Part shown: positions 19,090-28,555 of the stretch, piece after piece
How the letters are laid out: every line of letters starts with the position of its first letter
How positions within the stretch are numbered: the first letter of the stretch is position 1
Source of the DNA: an uncultured Flammeovirgaceae bacterium
Lineage (GTDB): Bacteria; Bacteroidota; Bacteroidia; Cytophagales; Cyclobacteriaceae
Assembly (NCBI GenBank): GCA_913050055.1
Contig: CAJXAT010000002.1
Location: 23,633-63,632 of the forward strand
Length of the DNA stretch: 40,000 nucleotides
Direction: 5' to 3'
The notes under the pieces: model-generated
Seen by the model: the letters and a program-made list of their open reading frames with translations, nothing else
Databases searched by the model: none
Told to the model about the DNA's origin: nothing
Translations under genes and position numbers: made by a program

Positions 19090-19965
19090 ATGATAAAATA
19101 TAATCCTAAATCCTGGGCATCCCTCATTTTTGATGTCTACAGTAGATATGTATTTAAATCATTACTGCCTCTCATTTTATTCATGGGTATCTTTTCGACC
19201 GCTTATGTAGCCATCATCGTTGATCTTGCGCAACTCCATTATGAAAGTACAATACAATTTCATTCTATTATTGGTGTGATGCTCGGGCTGTTTCTGGTCT
19301 TCAGAATCAATACCGCTTATGATCGTTGGTGGGAAGGAAGAAAATTATGGGGAAAATTAGTCAATGATACACGTTATTTGGCCATAAAAATAAATAATAT
19401 ACTCCCTGTTGATAGAACAGCCGATCGAGAATTTTTTATTGATATGATTGCGAATATTGCTTTCGCAACCAAAGAACATCTTCGAGACAGTATTCTTGTT
19501 AGTGAATTGTCATTGCCTGATGAGACCTTAAGGAATAACGTCATCTCTAGTACGCACAGACCTAATAAATTGGCTGACGCCTTATTTGAAAGAACCAATC
19601 AGCTTTATAAGGATCAGATAATTGATGGTTACCAACTTTATATTCTAGATAAAGAATTAAAGGGTTTTGTAGATATGATAGGAGGCTGCGAACGTATCAA
19701 AACAACTCCCATTCCTTTTTCATTCAGCATGTTTATCAAGAAATTTTTGTTCATTTACTCTTTAACACTTCCGGTCAGCTTTGCTTGGCAATTTGGTTAT
19801 TGGACGACGCCTATAGTAATTCTTACTTTTTATTTTTTAGTAAGTGTCGAACTTATCTCAGAAGAAATCGAAGACCCTTTTGGGGAAGATATCAATGATT
19901 TACCCCTTGATGAAATATGTTTCAAGATCAAAAAGAACGTTGAGGAGATCATGCTCAAAAATTAA
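19090..19965 (+). CDS. Bestrophin/YneE (UPF0187)-family ion channel
   Basis: AYDRWWEGRKLWG block and four hydrophobic segments. I prefer ATG 19090 (MIKYNPKSW...) to the tracked TTG at 19054. Confidence 0.8.
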   Translation: MIKYNPKSWASLIFDVYSRYVFKSLLPLILFMGIFSTAYVAIIVDLAQLHYESTIQFHSIIGVMLGLFLVFRINTAYDRWWEGRKLWGKLVNDTRYLAIKINNILPVDRTADREFFIDMIANIAFATKEHLRDSILVSELSLPDETLRNNVISSTHRPNKLADALFERTNQLYKDQIIDGYQLYILDKELKGFVDMIGGCERIKTTPIPFSFSMFIKKFLFIYSLTLPVSFAWQFGYWTTPIVILTFYFLVSVELISEEIEDPFGEDINDLPLDEICFKIKKNVEEIMLKN

Positions 19966-20017
19966 GCTCTTTTTTGGGGTCTCGATCTTTTTGAATAATG
20001 ACTAAAGCAATATCCCT

Positions 20018-20908
20018 TTAATCTAGAGATACGTTTACATGCCTTTCAGCATGATATGATGAGCGAACTAAAGGACCCGACTCAACATATTTCAATCCCC
20101 TCCTTAAGCCTTCCTCCTTGTACTTTTCAAATTGATCCGGATGGATGAACTCTGCTACTTCAATATGCATTTTAGTGGGTTGTAGATATTGTCCCAATGT
20201 CAAAATGTGTAATCCGGCCTCCACCAAATCATCTATGGCCTTAAAAACTTCTTCTTCAGTTTCTCCAAGACCTAGCATAATCCCTGATTTGGTTCGCTTG
20301 CCCATCTTGTAAGTACGTAGAGTTTGTTCTAGGCTTCTCGCATATCTTGCCTGAGGTCTGACTCTTTTATACAATCTTTCGACCGTTTCCATATTATGAG
20401 AAACGACCTCTTGTCCTCCCTCAACCATCCGCTGTAAGGCATCCCAATTGTTCTTAACATCTGGTATTAAGGTTTCAATAGTCGTTGTTGGGCTTAGTTC
20501 TTTTACCAATTTTACCGTCTGATACCATATTTCTGCACCCCGATCTTTGAGCTCATCTCGATTGACCGAAGTAAGTACCGCATGTTTTACCCCCATGGTG
20601 GCAATGGCTTCTGCAACGCGTTGGGGCTCAGCCTCATCATATTCAAGAGGTCGTCCCGTAGCTACCGCACAGAAGGTACAACTTCGTGTGCATACATTTC
20701 CTAAAATCATGAAGGTAGCCGTTCCTGCACCCCAACATTCACCCATGTTTGGACAGTTTCCACTCTCACAAATGGTATGCAGCTTGTTTTCATCTACAAT
20801 TTTACGAACCTTCGCATAATCTTCGCCAACTGGGAGTTTTACGCGCAGCCAATTTGGTTTTTTTATGTGCTTACCAGACGCTGCTGAAATTACAGGTAAT
20901 TCTATCAT
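20018..20908 (-). CDS. lipA: Lipoyl synthase (radical SAM)
   Basis: [12 protein letters not shown] auxiliary-cluster motif and [10 protein letters not shown] radical-SAM motif. ATG 20908 (MIELPVIS...) gives a normal-length LipA and removes the overlap with the upstream gene. Confidence 0.93.
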   Translation of the reverse strand: MIELPVISAASGKHIKKPNWLRVKLPVGEDYAKVRKIVDENKLHTICESGNCPNMGECWGAGTATFMILGNVCTRSCTFCAVATGRPLEYDEAEPQRVAEAIATMGVKHAVLTSVNRDELKDRGAEIWYQTVKLVKELSPTTTIETLIPDVKNNWDALQRMVEGGQEVVSHNMETVERLYKRVRPQARYARSLEQTLRTYKMGKRTKSGIMLGLGETEEEVFKAIDDLVEAGLHILTLGQYLQPTKMHIEVAEFIHPDQFEKYKEEGLRRGLKYVESGPLVRSSYHAERHVNVSLD

Positions 20909-20933
20909 TCGATTATTTAATATTAACTCAAAA

Positions 20934-21644
20934 TTAATAAATTCTCTTCCCCCAAAAGAAAGTAAAAAAAGCGGAGGTGTACAAAGCCCTATTGGGCTTG
21001 GTGGGTACAATAACTATTTGTTTAACATAACCTTCAGCCATCACACCAAACTCAATCCCAATCACATTCCTCATAAAACTGCCAAATTCAAAATCTAATG
21101 CCGCTTTAATATTGATTCCAGGGATTATTTTTGACTCCCCAAAGCCCTGTAAAAATTTACCTGAACCCTGGATGGATTGTAAATTCGTATACCTTACTGG
21201 ATCGTATACCACATATTCTCCACCAGAGGTAAGCACATAATAGGGGATGACAATACCAATGGTTGGTCCTGCGGTTATATTGGCATTAATTTGAACTCCT
21301 TTTTGACTTTCCTTTCCATATATAATTTTATCCCTCCCATATTGACCTCTAATAGCCAATAATCTATTTTGCTTTCCCCAAATGAAGGTGCTTCCATTTT
21401 GTGAGGAAGTATATTTTAGCTCACTAGGATGTGCTACGTTTACCAGCTCAAAACCGAAAGTTTCGAAAATACCCTTTTTGTGACTTCTTCCGTATCTAAA
21501 AACTGCTCCTCCAATCAAACTACTATTGGTATTGGTCGTCACTCCCCAAATAAATTCTTTTACGTATTGATCTTGGTCATCAAATTGGGAAAACCCCAAA
21601 AAGAAGCTTAAAATCATAAAAAAAGTTAGAATTCCTTTAAACAT
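20934..21644 (-). CDS. Hypothetical secreted protein, probable outer-membrane beta-barrel
   Basis: 236 aa with a signal peptide, an alternating hydrophobic/Gly-rich beta-strand pattern and an aromatic-rich C-terminus. I recognise no family. Confidence 0.55.
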   Translation of the reverse strand: MFKGILTFFMILSFFLGFSQFDDQDQYVKEFIWGVTTNTNSSLIGGAVFRYGRSHKKGIFETFGFELVNVAHPSELKYTSSQNGSTFIWGKQNRLLAIRGQYGRDKIIYGKESQKGVQINANITAGPTIGIVIPYYVLTSGGEYVVYDPVRYTNLQSIQGSGKFLQGFGESKIIPGINIKAALDFEFGSFMRNVIGIEFGVMAEGYVKQIVIVPTKPNRALYTSAFFTFFWGKRIY

Positions 21645-21690
21645 TAATCGATTTATTCTTCAGTTGTAACGTAAAGATAAAAGTTTGTAA

Positions 21691-22092
21691 ATGCAATTCA
21701 AATCGAATTATCAAGGAAGATTAAGAACTTCAATCATGCATCAAGGTTCTGGAGATCCGCTCCTTACCGATGCGCCCAAAGATAACAAAGGTCAAGGTAA
21801 AACTTTTCCACCAACCGATCTGGTGGCAGCAGCTTTAGTTAGTTGCATAGCAACCATTATGGGTATAGAAGCTGATAAAATGAATGTTAACCTTAGTGGC
21901 CTGACTTGGGAGACCACCAAAGAGATGCAAACCCATCCAAGAACCATTGGGAAGATTAAGGTACATTTTAGTTGGAAGAACTGCGAAATTTCTTTTGAAC
22001 AACATGTTTTATTAAAAAACAAAGGCCTGGCCTGCCCAGTCATGTTGGCGCTCTCACCCAACATCATTCAAGAAATTACCTTCGACTTTTAA
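21691..22092 (+). CDS. OsmC/Ohr-family peroxiredoxin-like protein
   Basis: 133 aa with two family cysteines in typical contexts (AAALVSCIA and GLACPV). Its 3' end overlaps the convergent ytxJ by 4 nt. Confidence 0.75.
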   Translation: MQFKSNYQGRLRTSIMHQGSGDPLLTDAPKDNKGQGKTFPPTDLVAAALVSCIATIMGIEADKMNVNLSGLTWETTKEMQTHPRTIGKIKVHFSWKNCEISFEQHVLLKNKGLACPVMLALSPNIIQEITFDF

Positions 22093-22433
22093 TCCTCTTG
22101 AAGATAAGCCAATAACACTTGGTAATCTATACCGAAATGCGAATCATGATACGTAACCGATCCCCCTTCAACAACTAATAACTGGGGTGATTCATGGCGC
22201 ACGTCAAAATCAATGGAAATTTGATCAGAGATACGGCGGTACCTGAGCAAATCTAAAAAATAGATGGATAAATTCCTTACCTCATCCCCACGCCATTTTC
22301 GTTCGAGACGATCAAGCACCATGGCACTGGTTGAACAGCTTGTGCTGTGCTTGAATATCATCACAGGCTGCTCTTGAGACGCTTGTTTGATTTCTAGCAA
22401 TTGATCTTCATTTATTAGAGGTATCCAGTTCAT
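22089..22433 (-). CDS. ytxJ: Bacillithiol-system thioredoxin-like protein YtxJ (monothiol)
   Basis: 114 aa. FKHSTSCSTS matches the YtxJ TCxxS active-site context. The start ATG shares one base with the upstream gene's TAA (TAATG at 22431-22435). Confidence 0.78.
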   Translation of the reverse strand: MNWIPLINEDQLLEIKQASQEQPVMIFKHSTSCSTSAMVLDRLERKWRGDEVRNLSIYFLDLLRYRRISDQISIDFDVRHESPQLLVVEGGSVTYHDSHFGIDYQVLLAYLQED

Positions 22434-23095
22434 TAATTATTCCAAATTTTTCGTTCTTTTTTATCAAATTTTGCGGGGCTTACCTTCTCCTTGATCCCTT
22501 CAGGAGTACGGGTACTTGATCCCAAGTTCACCCATAATAAATTCCAATCTCTATTTTTAGAATGTAAATATCCTCCTTGTTCTGATTTTTTAATATTTAC
22601 ATCCGTGATAGTTGGAACCCTAAAGGAAGTCCAGGGCTTACTTTTTATAAATAAATCAAATGTAGACCAGCTCAAGACACTTGCATTAAAATAATTTTTT
22701 TGCCCCGATACACTTCTAATTCTACTTTTTTTAAAATCGTTTTTTTCAAACTCCACATATTTTAGACTCTTACGCAAAGCATGAGCAACCCGACTCAAAT
22801 CACTTGCATTAAAGTGATTTTTATGCCCCATTACACTTCTAATTTTGTTATTTTCAAACTCATGGCTTGTAAACTTCCCATGCTTCAACCGTTTACCCAA
22901 AACATAAGCCCCGTCACCTTCAAGAGGCCTCTTTTGATTTTTATTCCAAAAAAATATCCTGCGACCCTTTTTCTTGACCTTTATCGTTCTCAGTTTAACA
23001 TCGCTATCAGGTATTATTTGAGCCTGCCCATTAAAAGAAATACAGCACAAAAAAAATACCAATAATAAGAAAAATATGTAAGGTGACCCCTTCAA
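22433..23095 (-). CDS. Hypothetical secreted, very basic protein with an internal tandem repeat
   Basis: 220 aa, signal peptide, Lys/Arg-rich. RSVMGHKNHFNASDLS and RSVSGQKNYFNASVLS lie 41 aa apart. I recognise no family. Confidence 0.55.
   Translation of the reverse strand: MKGSPYIFFLLLVFFLCCISFNGQAQIIPDSDVKLRTIKVKKKGRRIFFWNKNQKRPLEGDGAYVLGKRLKHGKFTSHEFENNKIRSVMGHKNHFNASDLSRVAHALRKSLKYVEFEKNDFKKSRIRSVSGQKNYFNASVLSWSTFDLFIKSKPWTSFRVPTITDVNIKKSEQGGYLHSKNRDWNLLWVNLGSSTRTPEGIKEKVSPAKFDKKERKIWNN
22670..22864 (-). repeat. Intragenic tandem repeat (about 123-nt period, 2 copies, diverged)
   Basis: At the DNA level, CACTTGCATTAAA...GCCCC..TACACTTCTAATT occurs at 22678 and again at 22801. The protein level shows the corresponding 41-aa offset. 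Confidence 0.8.
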
Positions 23096-23118
23096 AACTT
23101 TAATGTAAATTAATCAAA

Positions 23119-25086
23119 TTAATATTTTAGTAAATAATTTAACTGTTCAAGTAACCGCTGCTGGGGTAAAAAATTTTGTTCCAAGGCATTAGAAAATGGA
23201 ACAGGCGTGTCCAAACTTCCTACTCTCAAAACAGGCGCATCTAGATCTTCAAAGCAATGCGTACCTATCCAAGCGGCAATTTCTGCACCAATACCACCTG
23301 TTATGCAATCTTCGTGAAGAATCAAACTCTTGTTAGTTTTCTTTACTGATGTACTTACCGTTTCTTTATCCCAAGGCATTAAAGTACATAAATCAATTAT
23401 TTCGAGTCCATCTATCGTTTTGGATGCTTCTAATGCCCAATGTACGCCCATTCCATAAGTAATAATGGTTAATCTATCTCCTTTCAACGCTACTTGTGCC
23501 TTTCCTATTTCCATTGTATGATAGCCCTTGGCTACCGGTCCCATCAAAGATCGATACAAATATTTATGCTCAAAAAATAGGTAAGGGTTGGGGTCTTCAA
23601 TCGCCGCACACAATAAGCCCTTGGCTGCTGCTGGCGTGGATGGGTATACAATTTTCAAGCCAGGCGTATGAAAAAACCAAGCTTCATTTGATTGTGAATG
23701 AAAAGGCCCTGCATTTACACCCGCACCTGTTGGCATTCTTATCACAACGTCTGCATTTTGTGCCCATCGATAATAAGATTTTGCCAAATTATTGACAATT
23801 TGATTAAACCCACAGGTAACGAAATCTGCAAATTGCATTTCCATTACCGACTTCATGCCCGCAATACTGAGCCCCAAGGTAATCCCCACAATGGCTGATT
23901 CACATAAAGGTGTATTTCGAATCCGTAGAGATCCAAATTGTTCTAAAAATCCTTCCGAAATTTTAAAAACTCCTCCATAATCTGCAATATCCTGTCCTAA
24001 AAATACAAGCTCCTTGTGACGCTCCAAACTTTGCCGAAGACCTTCTGAAATGGCATCAACATATCTAATATCTCTGGTTTTGGGCTCTAAATCTCTATTT
24101 TTTTGAGTAAATGGTGCATAAACATCAGCGAGTTCTTGTTCCGGGTTGACCGTTAATGGCGCTTCGCTGAAGGCCTTTTTAACCGCCATATTAATCTCTT
24201 TTTTAATATCCTCTTTAAGAGTTTCTAAAACATTCGAGTCAATTCCCGACTCAATTAGGAAAGATTCATAATTGGCAATAGGATCTTTTTTTGCCCAATA
24301 ATCCATCAACTCTTTCGGAACGTATTTAGTCCCCGAAGCCTCCTCATGACCTCGCATTCTAAACGTTTTGGCCTCAAAAATGACGGGCCGAGGTCGCTCT
24401 CTTATAGAATCGCAAACCTTTTCAAGTTCATTCATGACTTCTAGGATGTTATTCCCATCTACCGAGATGGCTTCTATTCCGTAAGCTGGACCTTTCACCA
24501 AAAATGAATCAAAATTAAACTGTTGATTACTGGGAGTTGAAAGGCCATAGCCATTATTTTCGATAACAAAAATTACAGGTAAATTCCAAACAGAAGCGAC
24601 ATTAACAGCTTCATGGAAATCTCCTTGACTCGTACCCCCGTCACCTGTGAAAACAAGGGTCACCTTTTTCTTTTTTTGTATCAAGTCAGCCAATGCAATC
24701 CCATCCGCAACCCCAAGTTGTGGTCCCAAATGAGAGATCATCCCAACCAAGTGATGTTCTGTGGTACCAAAATGGAAGGAACGATCTCGCCCTTTGGTAA
24801 ATCCATTAGCTTTCCCTTGAAATTGGCTAAATAGCTTTTCTAGTGGGATTTTTCTAGTGGTAAATATCCCTAAATTTCGATGCATAGGTAAAAGGTATTC
24901 CGAATCCTTCAAGCACAAGGCAGCGCCAACACTGATGGCTTCTTGGCCAATTCCTGAAAACCATTTGGTTATTTTACCTTGCCTTAGCAGGATTAACATC
25001 TTTTCTTCCATCAAACGGGGCGTAACCAGTTCTTGGTAAATTTCGGTCAACCTACTTTTTGATCTTTTATTGGGTTCAAATTTCAT
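23119..25086 (-). CDS. 2-oxoacid (branched-chain-type) dehydrogenase E1 component, fused alpha/beta subunits
   Basis: 655 aa. The N-terminal half carries the TPP-binding block GDGGTSQGDFHEAVNVASVWNLPVIFVIENNGYGLSTP. The C-terminal half is E1-beta/transketolase-like (GQDIADYGGVFKISEG ... PWDKETV). Confidence 0.88.
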   Translation of the reverse strand: MKFEPNKRSKSRLTEIYQELVTPRLMEEKMLILLRQGKITKWFSGIGQEAISVGAALCLKDSEYLLPMHRNLGIFTTRKIPLEKLFSQFQGKANGFTKGRDRSFHFGTTEHHLVGMISHLGPQLGVADGIALADLIQKKKKVTLVFTGDGGTSQGDFHEAVNVASVWNLPVIFVIENNGYGLSTPSNQQFNFDSFLVKGPAYGIEAISVDGNNILEVMNELEKVCDSIRERPRPVIFEAKTFRMRGHEEASGTKYVPKELMDYWAKKDPIANYESFLIESGIDSNVLETLKEDIKKEINMAVKKAFSEAPLTVNPEQELADVYAPFTQKNRDLEPKTRDIRYVDAISEGLRQSLERHKELVFLGQDIADYGGVFKISEGFLEQFGSLRIRNTPLCESAIVGITLGLSIAGMKSVMEMQFADFVTCGFNQIVNNLAKSYYRWAQNADVVIRMPTGAGVNAGPFHSQSNEAWFFHTPGLKIVYPSTPAAAKGLLCAAIEDPNPYLFFEHKYLYRSLMGPVAKGYHTMEIGKAQVALKGDRLTIITYGMGVHWALEASKTIDGLEIIDLCTLMPWDKETVSTSVKKTNKSLILHEDCITGGIGAEIAAWIGTHCFEDLDAPVLRVGSLDTPVPFSNALEQNFLPQQRLLEQLNYLLKY

Positions 25087-25172
25087 GATTCAAAAAATTT
25101 CGAAAAAGACTTTGTAAAGATGGTACACTCTCATGAATTTTTAGATGTTATTTTTGTATTTCACAATAGCTT

Positions 25173-26402
25173 ATGATTGAATTCGAAAAATTTAAATTAA
25201 CCAATGGCCTTGAGGTAATTCTTCATCAGGACAAAACCTCTTCGTTGGTCTGTTTGAACACCCTATACAAAGTGGGCTCTAAAAATGAAGATCCTAATAA
25301 AACTGGCTTTGCCCATCTTTTTGAACACTTGATGTTTGGGGGATCCAAGCATATCCCTAATTTTGATAGCCCCTTGCAAGCTGTAGGAGGTGATAACAAT
25401 GCCTTCACAAGTAGTGACATTACCAATTATTATACTACAGTTCCTGCAAATAATATAGAAACTGGTTTCTGGCTTGAATCAGATCGGATGTTGGCATTGT
25501 CATTTGAAGAGCAAGTCCTTGAAAGAGAGAAAAATGTGGTCATTGAAGAATTTAAACAACGCTACCTAAATCAACCCTATGGAGATGTTTGGTTGAAATT
25601 GAGCCCTGCAGCCTATCAATTACACCCATATCGTTGGCCAACCATCGGAAAAGAAATTTCTCATATTAAAAATATAAATATGGAAGAGGTAAAGGCGTTT
25701 TTTGATACTTACTATGCGCCCTCCAACGCGATATTGGTCATTGCAGGTAACATTAACCTCTTAGAGGCGCAGCGACTTTGCGCCAAATGGTTTGCACCTA
25801 TTGAGGATCGAAGTGTGAACAAGCGTATCATCCCCTTGGAGCCAAAGCAGAGTCAGCATCGGCACATCGATTTAACAGCCCAAGTTCCCCAAAATGCTAT
25901 TTATAAAGCTTATCACATGCCCGGCAGGGCCAGCAAACAATATCAAGCAAATGATTTACTCTCAGATATTTTAGGCAGAGGCAAGTCTTCTATTTTACAC
26001 CAGCACGGTGTTAAAAAATCACAGATTTTTTCTTCCTCATCTTCTTACGTAACCGGAAGTATAGACCCAGGGCTTATGATTATTAGTGGTCGGCTCAGTG
26101 AAAATATTACTTTTGAGACCGCTGAAAAAACACTTGATGATGCTTTTCAAGAACTAATGACTCAACCTGCTGAATCACTCCAAAAAGTTAAAAATATGGC
26201 TACCTCGTCCATTACTTTTGGAGAGATCGATTTATTAAATAGGGCCATGAGTTTAGCTTATAACACCCATTTGGGAAATACCGATTTAGTCAATAAAGAG
26301 ATTGACATCGTTGAAGCGGTAACTGAAAAAGAAATAAGTGCTGCCATCCACAGTACCTTACTTGAATCAAATTGTACCACATTGTATTATCATAAAAATT
26401 AA
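25173..26402 (+). CDS. M16-family (pitrilysin-like) zinc peptidase
   Basis: Inverted zinc motif HxxEH (HLFEHLMF), a downstream Glu region, 409 aa. Confidence 0.85.
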   Translation: MIEFEKFKLTNGLEVILHQDKTSSLVCLNTLYKVGSKNEDPNKTGFAHLFEHLMFGGSKHIPNFDSPLQAVGGDNNAFTSSDITNYYTTVPANNIETGFWLESDRMLALSFEEQVLEREKNVVIEEFKQRYLNQPYGDVWLKLSPAAYQLHPYRWPTIGKEISHIKNINMEEVKAFFDTYYAPSNAILVIAGNINLLEAQRLCAKWFAPIEDRSVNKRIIPLEPKQSQHRHIDLTAQVPQNAIYKAYHMPGRASKQYQANDLLSDILGRGKSSILHQHGVKKSQIFSSSSSYVTGSIDPGLMIISGRLSENITFETAEKTLDDAFQELMTQPAESLQKVKNMATSSITFGEIDLLNRAMSLAYNTHLGNTDLVNKEIDIVEAVTEKEISAAIHSTLLESNCTTLYYHKN

Positions 26403-26406
26403 GTCT

Positions 26407-26892
26407 ATGAAACCTGCTATTAAAATTGGCTATGGCTATGACGTTCATCAGCTTGCCCCTCAAGTAGACTTCTGGCTGGGGGGTATCAAAATTCCCCATA
26501 CCCACGGAGCGATCGGTCATTCTGATGCAGACGTATTGATTCATGTCATTTGCGACGCGCTACTTGGGGCTGCCAACTTACGTGATATCGGCTTTCACTT
26601 TTCTGATAAAGATCCGAAATTCAAAGACATTGATAGTAAGCTATTGTTGAAAGAAGTTATGAATCTCATTGATGAAAAAGGTTATAAAATTGGAAATATT
26701 GATACCACAATATGCCTGCAAGAACCTAAGATCGGACCTTACATTGAAAATATAAAAGCTTGTCTATCTCAGGTAATGGTTCTAGATAAAGCAGATATCT
26801 CGATCAAAGCTACCACGACCGAAACCCTTGGATTTGTAGGTAAAAAAGAGGGCGTTTCCGCACACGCCGTCGTCCTTATCTATAAAGATTAA
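26407..26892 (+). CDS. ispF: 2-C-methyl-D-erythritol 2,4-cyclodiphosphate synthase
   Basis: IGYGYDVHQL, GHSDADVLIHVICDALLGA and KATTTE blocks. ATG 26407 gives 161 aa; the tracked upstream start overlaps the M16 gene. Confidence 0.93.
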   Translation: MKPAIKIGYGYDVHQLAPQVDFWLGGIKIPHTHGAIGHSDADVLIHVICDALLGAANLRDIGFHFSDKDPKFKDIDSKLLLKEVMNLIDEKGYKIGNIDTTICLQEPKIGPYIENIKACLSQVMVLDKADISIKATTTETLGFVGKKEGVSAHAVVLIYKD

Positions 26893-26899
26893 AAGTAAT

Positions 26900-27586
26900 A
26901 TGATTCCTTCAAACGCTGAAAATAATGATAAAAAAGCATCTCTAAAATCGCCCAACTTAGTACTGTTTACTACTGGAGATGGTTCTTCATCCTTATTGGA
27001 TACGGAATTAAATGATTTTTATCATTCAACGAAAGGGGCCATTGGAGAATCTCTGCATGTTTACATTGAGCAAGGCCTTGACTATTTTAAAAGAATAGAT
27101 CCTTCCTGCAAGCACATTAAGATTCTCGAAATCGGATTTGGAACAGGATTGAACGCCCTACTCTCCATCAATTGGGCACAAGACAATTCATGTCTAGTTG
27201 ATTATGAAAGCCTAGAGACCCATCCCTTACCTGCAGCCATTTATACACAGTTACAATTCAAAAATTGGTCTAAAAATGTGGCCAAGATTCATCAATGTGA
27301 ATGGGGGGTTACTCATAGCATTAATAAGGTCTTTAAGCTGACCAAGTATAGCGCGTCACTTGAAAAATTCAAACAGATACACTCCTATTACGATGTGATT
27401 TTTTTTGATGCTTTTAGCCCGTCAAAACAGCCCAGTATTTGGTGCCAATCGAATTTAAAAAAATGCTTTAACTATCTCAAAAAAAATAGATTTTTGGTCA
27501 CCTACTGCGCACAAGGGCAATTCAAAAGAGATTTAATTGCGATAGGATTTGAGATCGAAACGTTACCTGGTGCCATGGGGAAATGA
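26900..27586 (+). CDS. mnmD: MnmC-methyltransferase-domain-like protein (tRNA mnm5s2U34 methyltransferase, MnmD type)
   Basis: SAM-binding EIGFGTGLN and the family-typical FFDAFSPSKQPSIW block, 228 aa. Confidence 0.72.
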   Translation: MIPSNAENNDKKASLKSPNLVLFTTGDGSSSLLDTELNDFYHSTKGAIGESLHVYIEQGLDYFKRIDPSCKHIKILEIGFGTGLNALLSINWAQDNSCLVDYESLETHPLPAAIYTQLQFKNWSKNVAKIHQCEWGVTHSINKVFKLTKYSASLEKFKQIHSYYDVIFFDAFSPSKQPSIWCQSNLKKCFNYLKKNRFLVTYCAQGQFKRDLIAIGFEIETLPGAMGK

Positions 27587-27622
27587 GAAATGATTCGCGC
27601 CCAAAAAGTTAATTAGGCTGTT

Positions 27623-28552
27623 CTAATTTTTGTTTTCAGCCTCCTCTTGGGCCTTTTGGGCAATCTCAGAGGTCAATACTTGCTCTAAAGATGATATCGC
27701 AGATACGTTAAAGAAGCCAACAGGATGAATAGCTGAGTTCACATCCTCATTCATCAAATTAGTTGACACATTTGAAAATGGTTGCGCAAACAAAGCCCCA
27801 AATCCACCCGAACGAACCGTTTGAATCTTTACTTCATTAAGAAAATAAAAAGCCGACTCACTGATAGAATATATTTCGACATAGATCGTATCTCCAATCG
27901 AATAAGGTGGCTCCTCGTCTGTGTCAAAAGGATTGATCAATTCTTGTATTGGTTGAATAAATACCTGACCATCTATGTTCCCCCCTGCACTGAAACCTGC
28001 ATCATAGGCGATGTTTATTTCACTTGCCTTATTGAGATATACTCCATTTTTCCAAGCTTTTATCCAATAGGTATTTCCCACTCCCGCTAAATCCGTAGCT
28101 ACTACCTCAGCCAAATAATAATCCTCTGCTGTAGAAAAGTCTTCCTCTTGATACTTAAAGGTAATTGAATCTATAGGGGGCACTGGGTTCATTTCTGAAG
28201 TTCCACTAAACCGTATTCCATCAATGGATACATTCAGCTGATAAGAAGTCCCCACTTGCAGAAATGAGGTACTTAAAGAATCCCCCCAGACATATCCTCC
28301 CTCTGTTTCTTCGAAATCGTATCTATTTCCATCTTCATCGGTCAAATAAACTTTGGCTCCAGAAAGAAGTTTCGGAAGCTCGGACATGAAATAATTATTG
28401 GATTTAGATAAAAATATCTTTTGGCTCCCGGGCAAATCATTCAGCCATGCATCTACCACATATTGTTCTAGACTAGGTTCAAGTTCAGGATAGATGATGT
28501 TCTCACAAGCAAAAAAAGCAAAAGCAATGAGCAAAATAAATATTTTTTTCAT
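27623..28552 (-). CDS. Lipoprotein partner of the TonB-dependent receptor (DUF4249-like)
   Basis: 309 aa with lipobox FFAC, starting 3 nt after the receptor's stop. The DUF4249 label comes from remembered size and synteny, not from a computed match. Confidence 0.6.
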   Translation of the reverse strand: MKKIFILLIAFAFFACENIIYPELEPSLEQYVVDAWLNDLPGSQKIFLSKSNNYFMSELPKLLSGAKVYLTDEDGNRYDFEETEGGYVWGDSLSTSFLQVGTSYQLNVSIDGIRFSGTSEMNPVPPIDSITFKYQEEDFSTAEDYYLAEVVATDLAGVGNTYWIKAWKNGVYLNKASEINIAYDAGFSAGGNIDGQVFIQPIQELINPFDTDEEPPYSIGDTIYVEIYSISESAFYFLNEVKIQTVRSGGFGALFAQPFSNVSTNLMNEDVNSAIHPVGFFNVSAISSLEQVLTSEIAQKAQEEAENKN

Positions 28553-28555
28553 TCC

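Noticed and set aside
20909-21010. N-terminal extension of the tracked lipA ORF ([13 protein letters not shown]...).
   Set aside because: It overlaps the 3' end of the upstream gene (20934-21644). The internal ATG at 20908 gives a LipA of normal length with the family-typical N-terminus.
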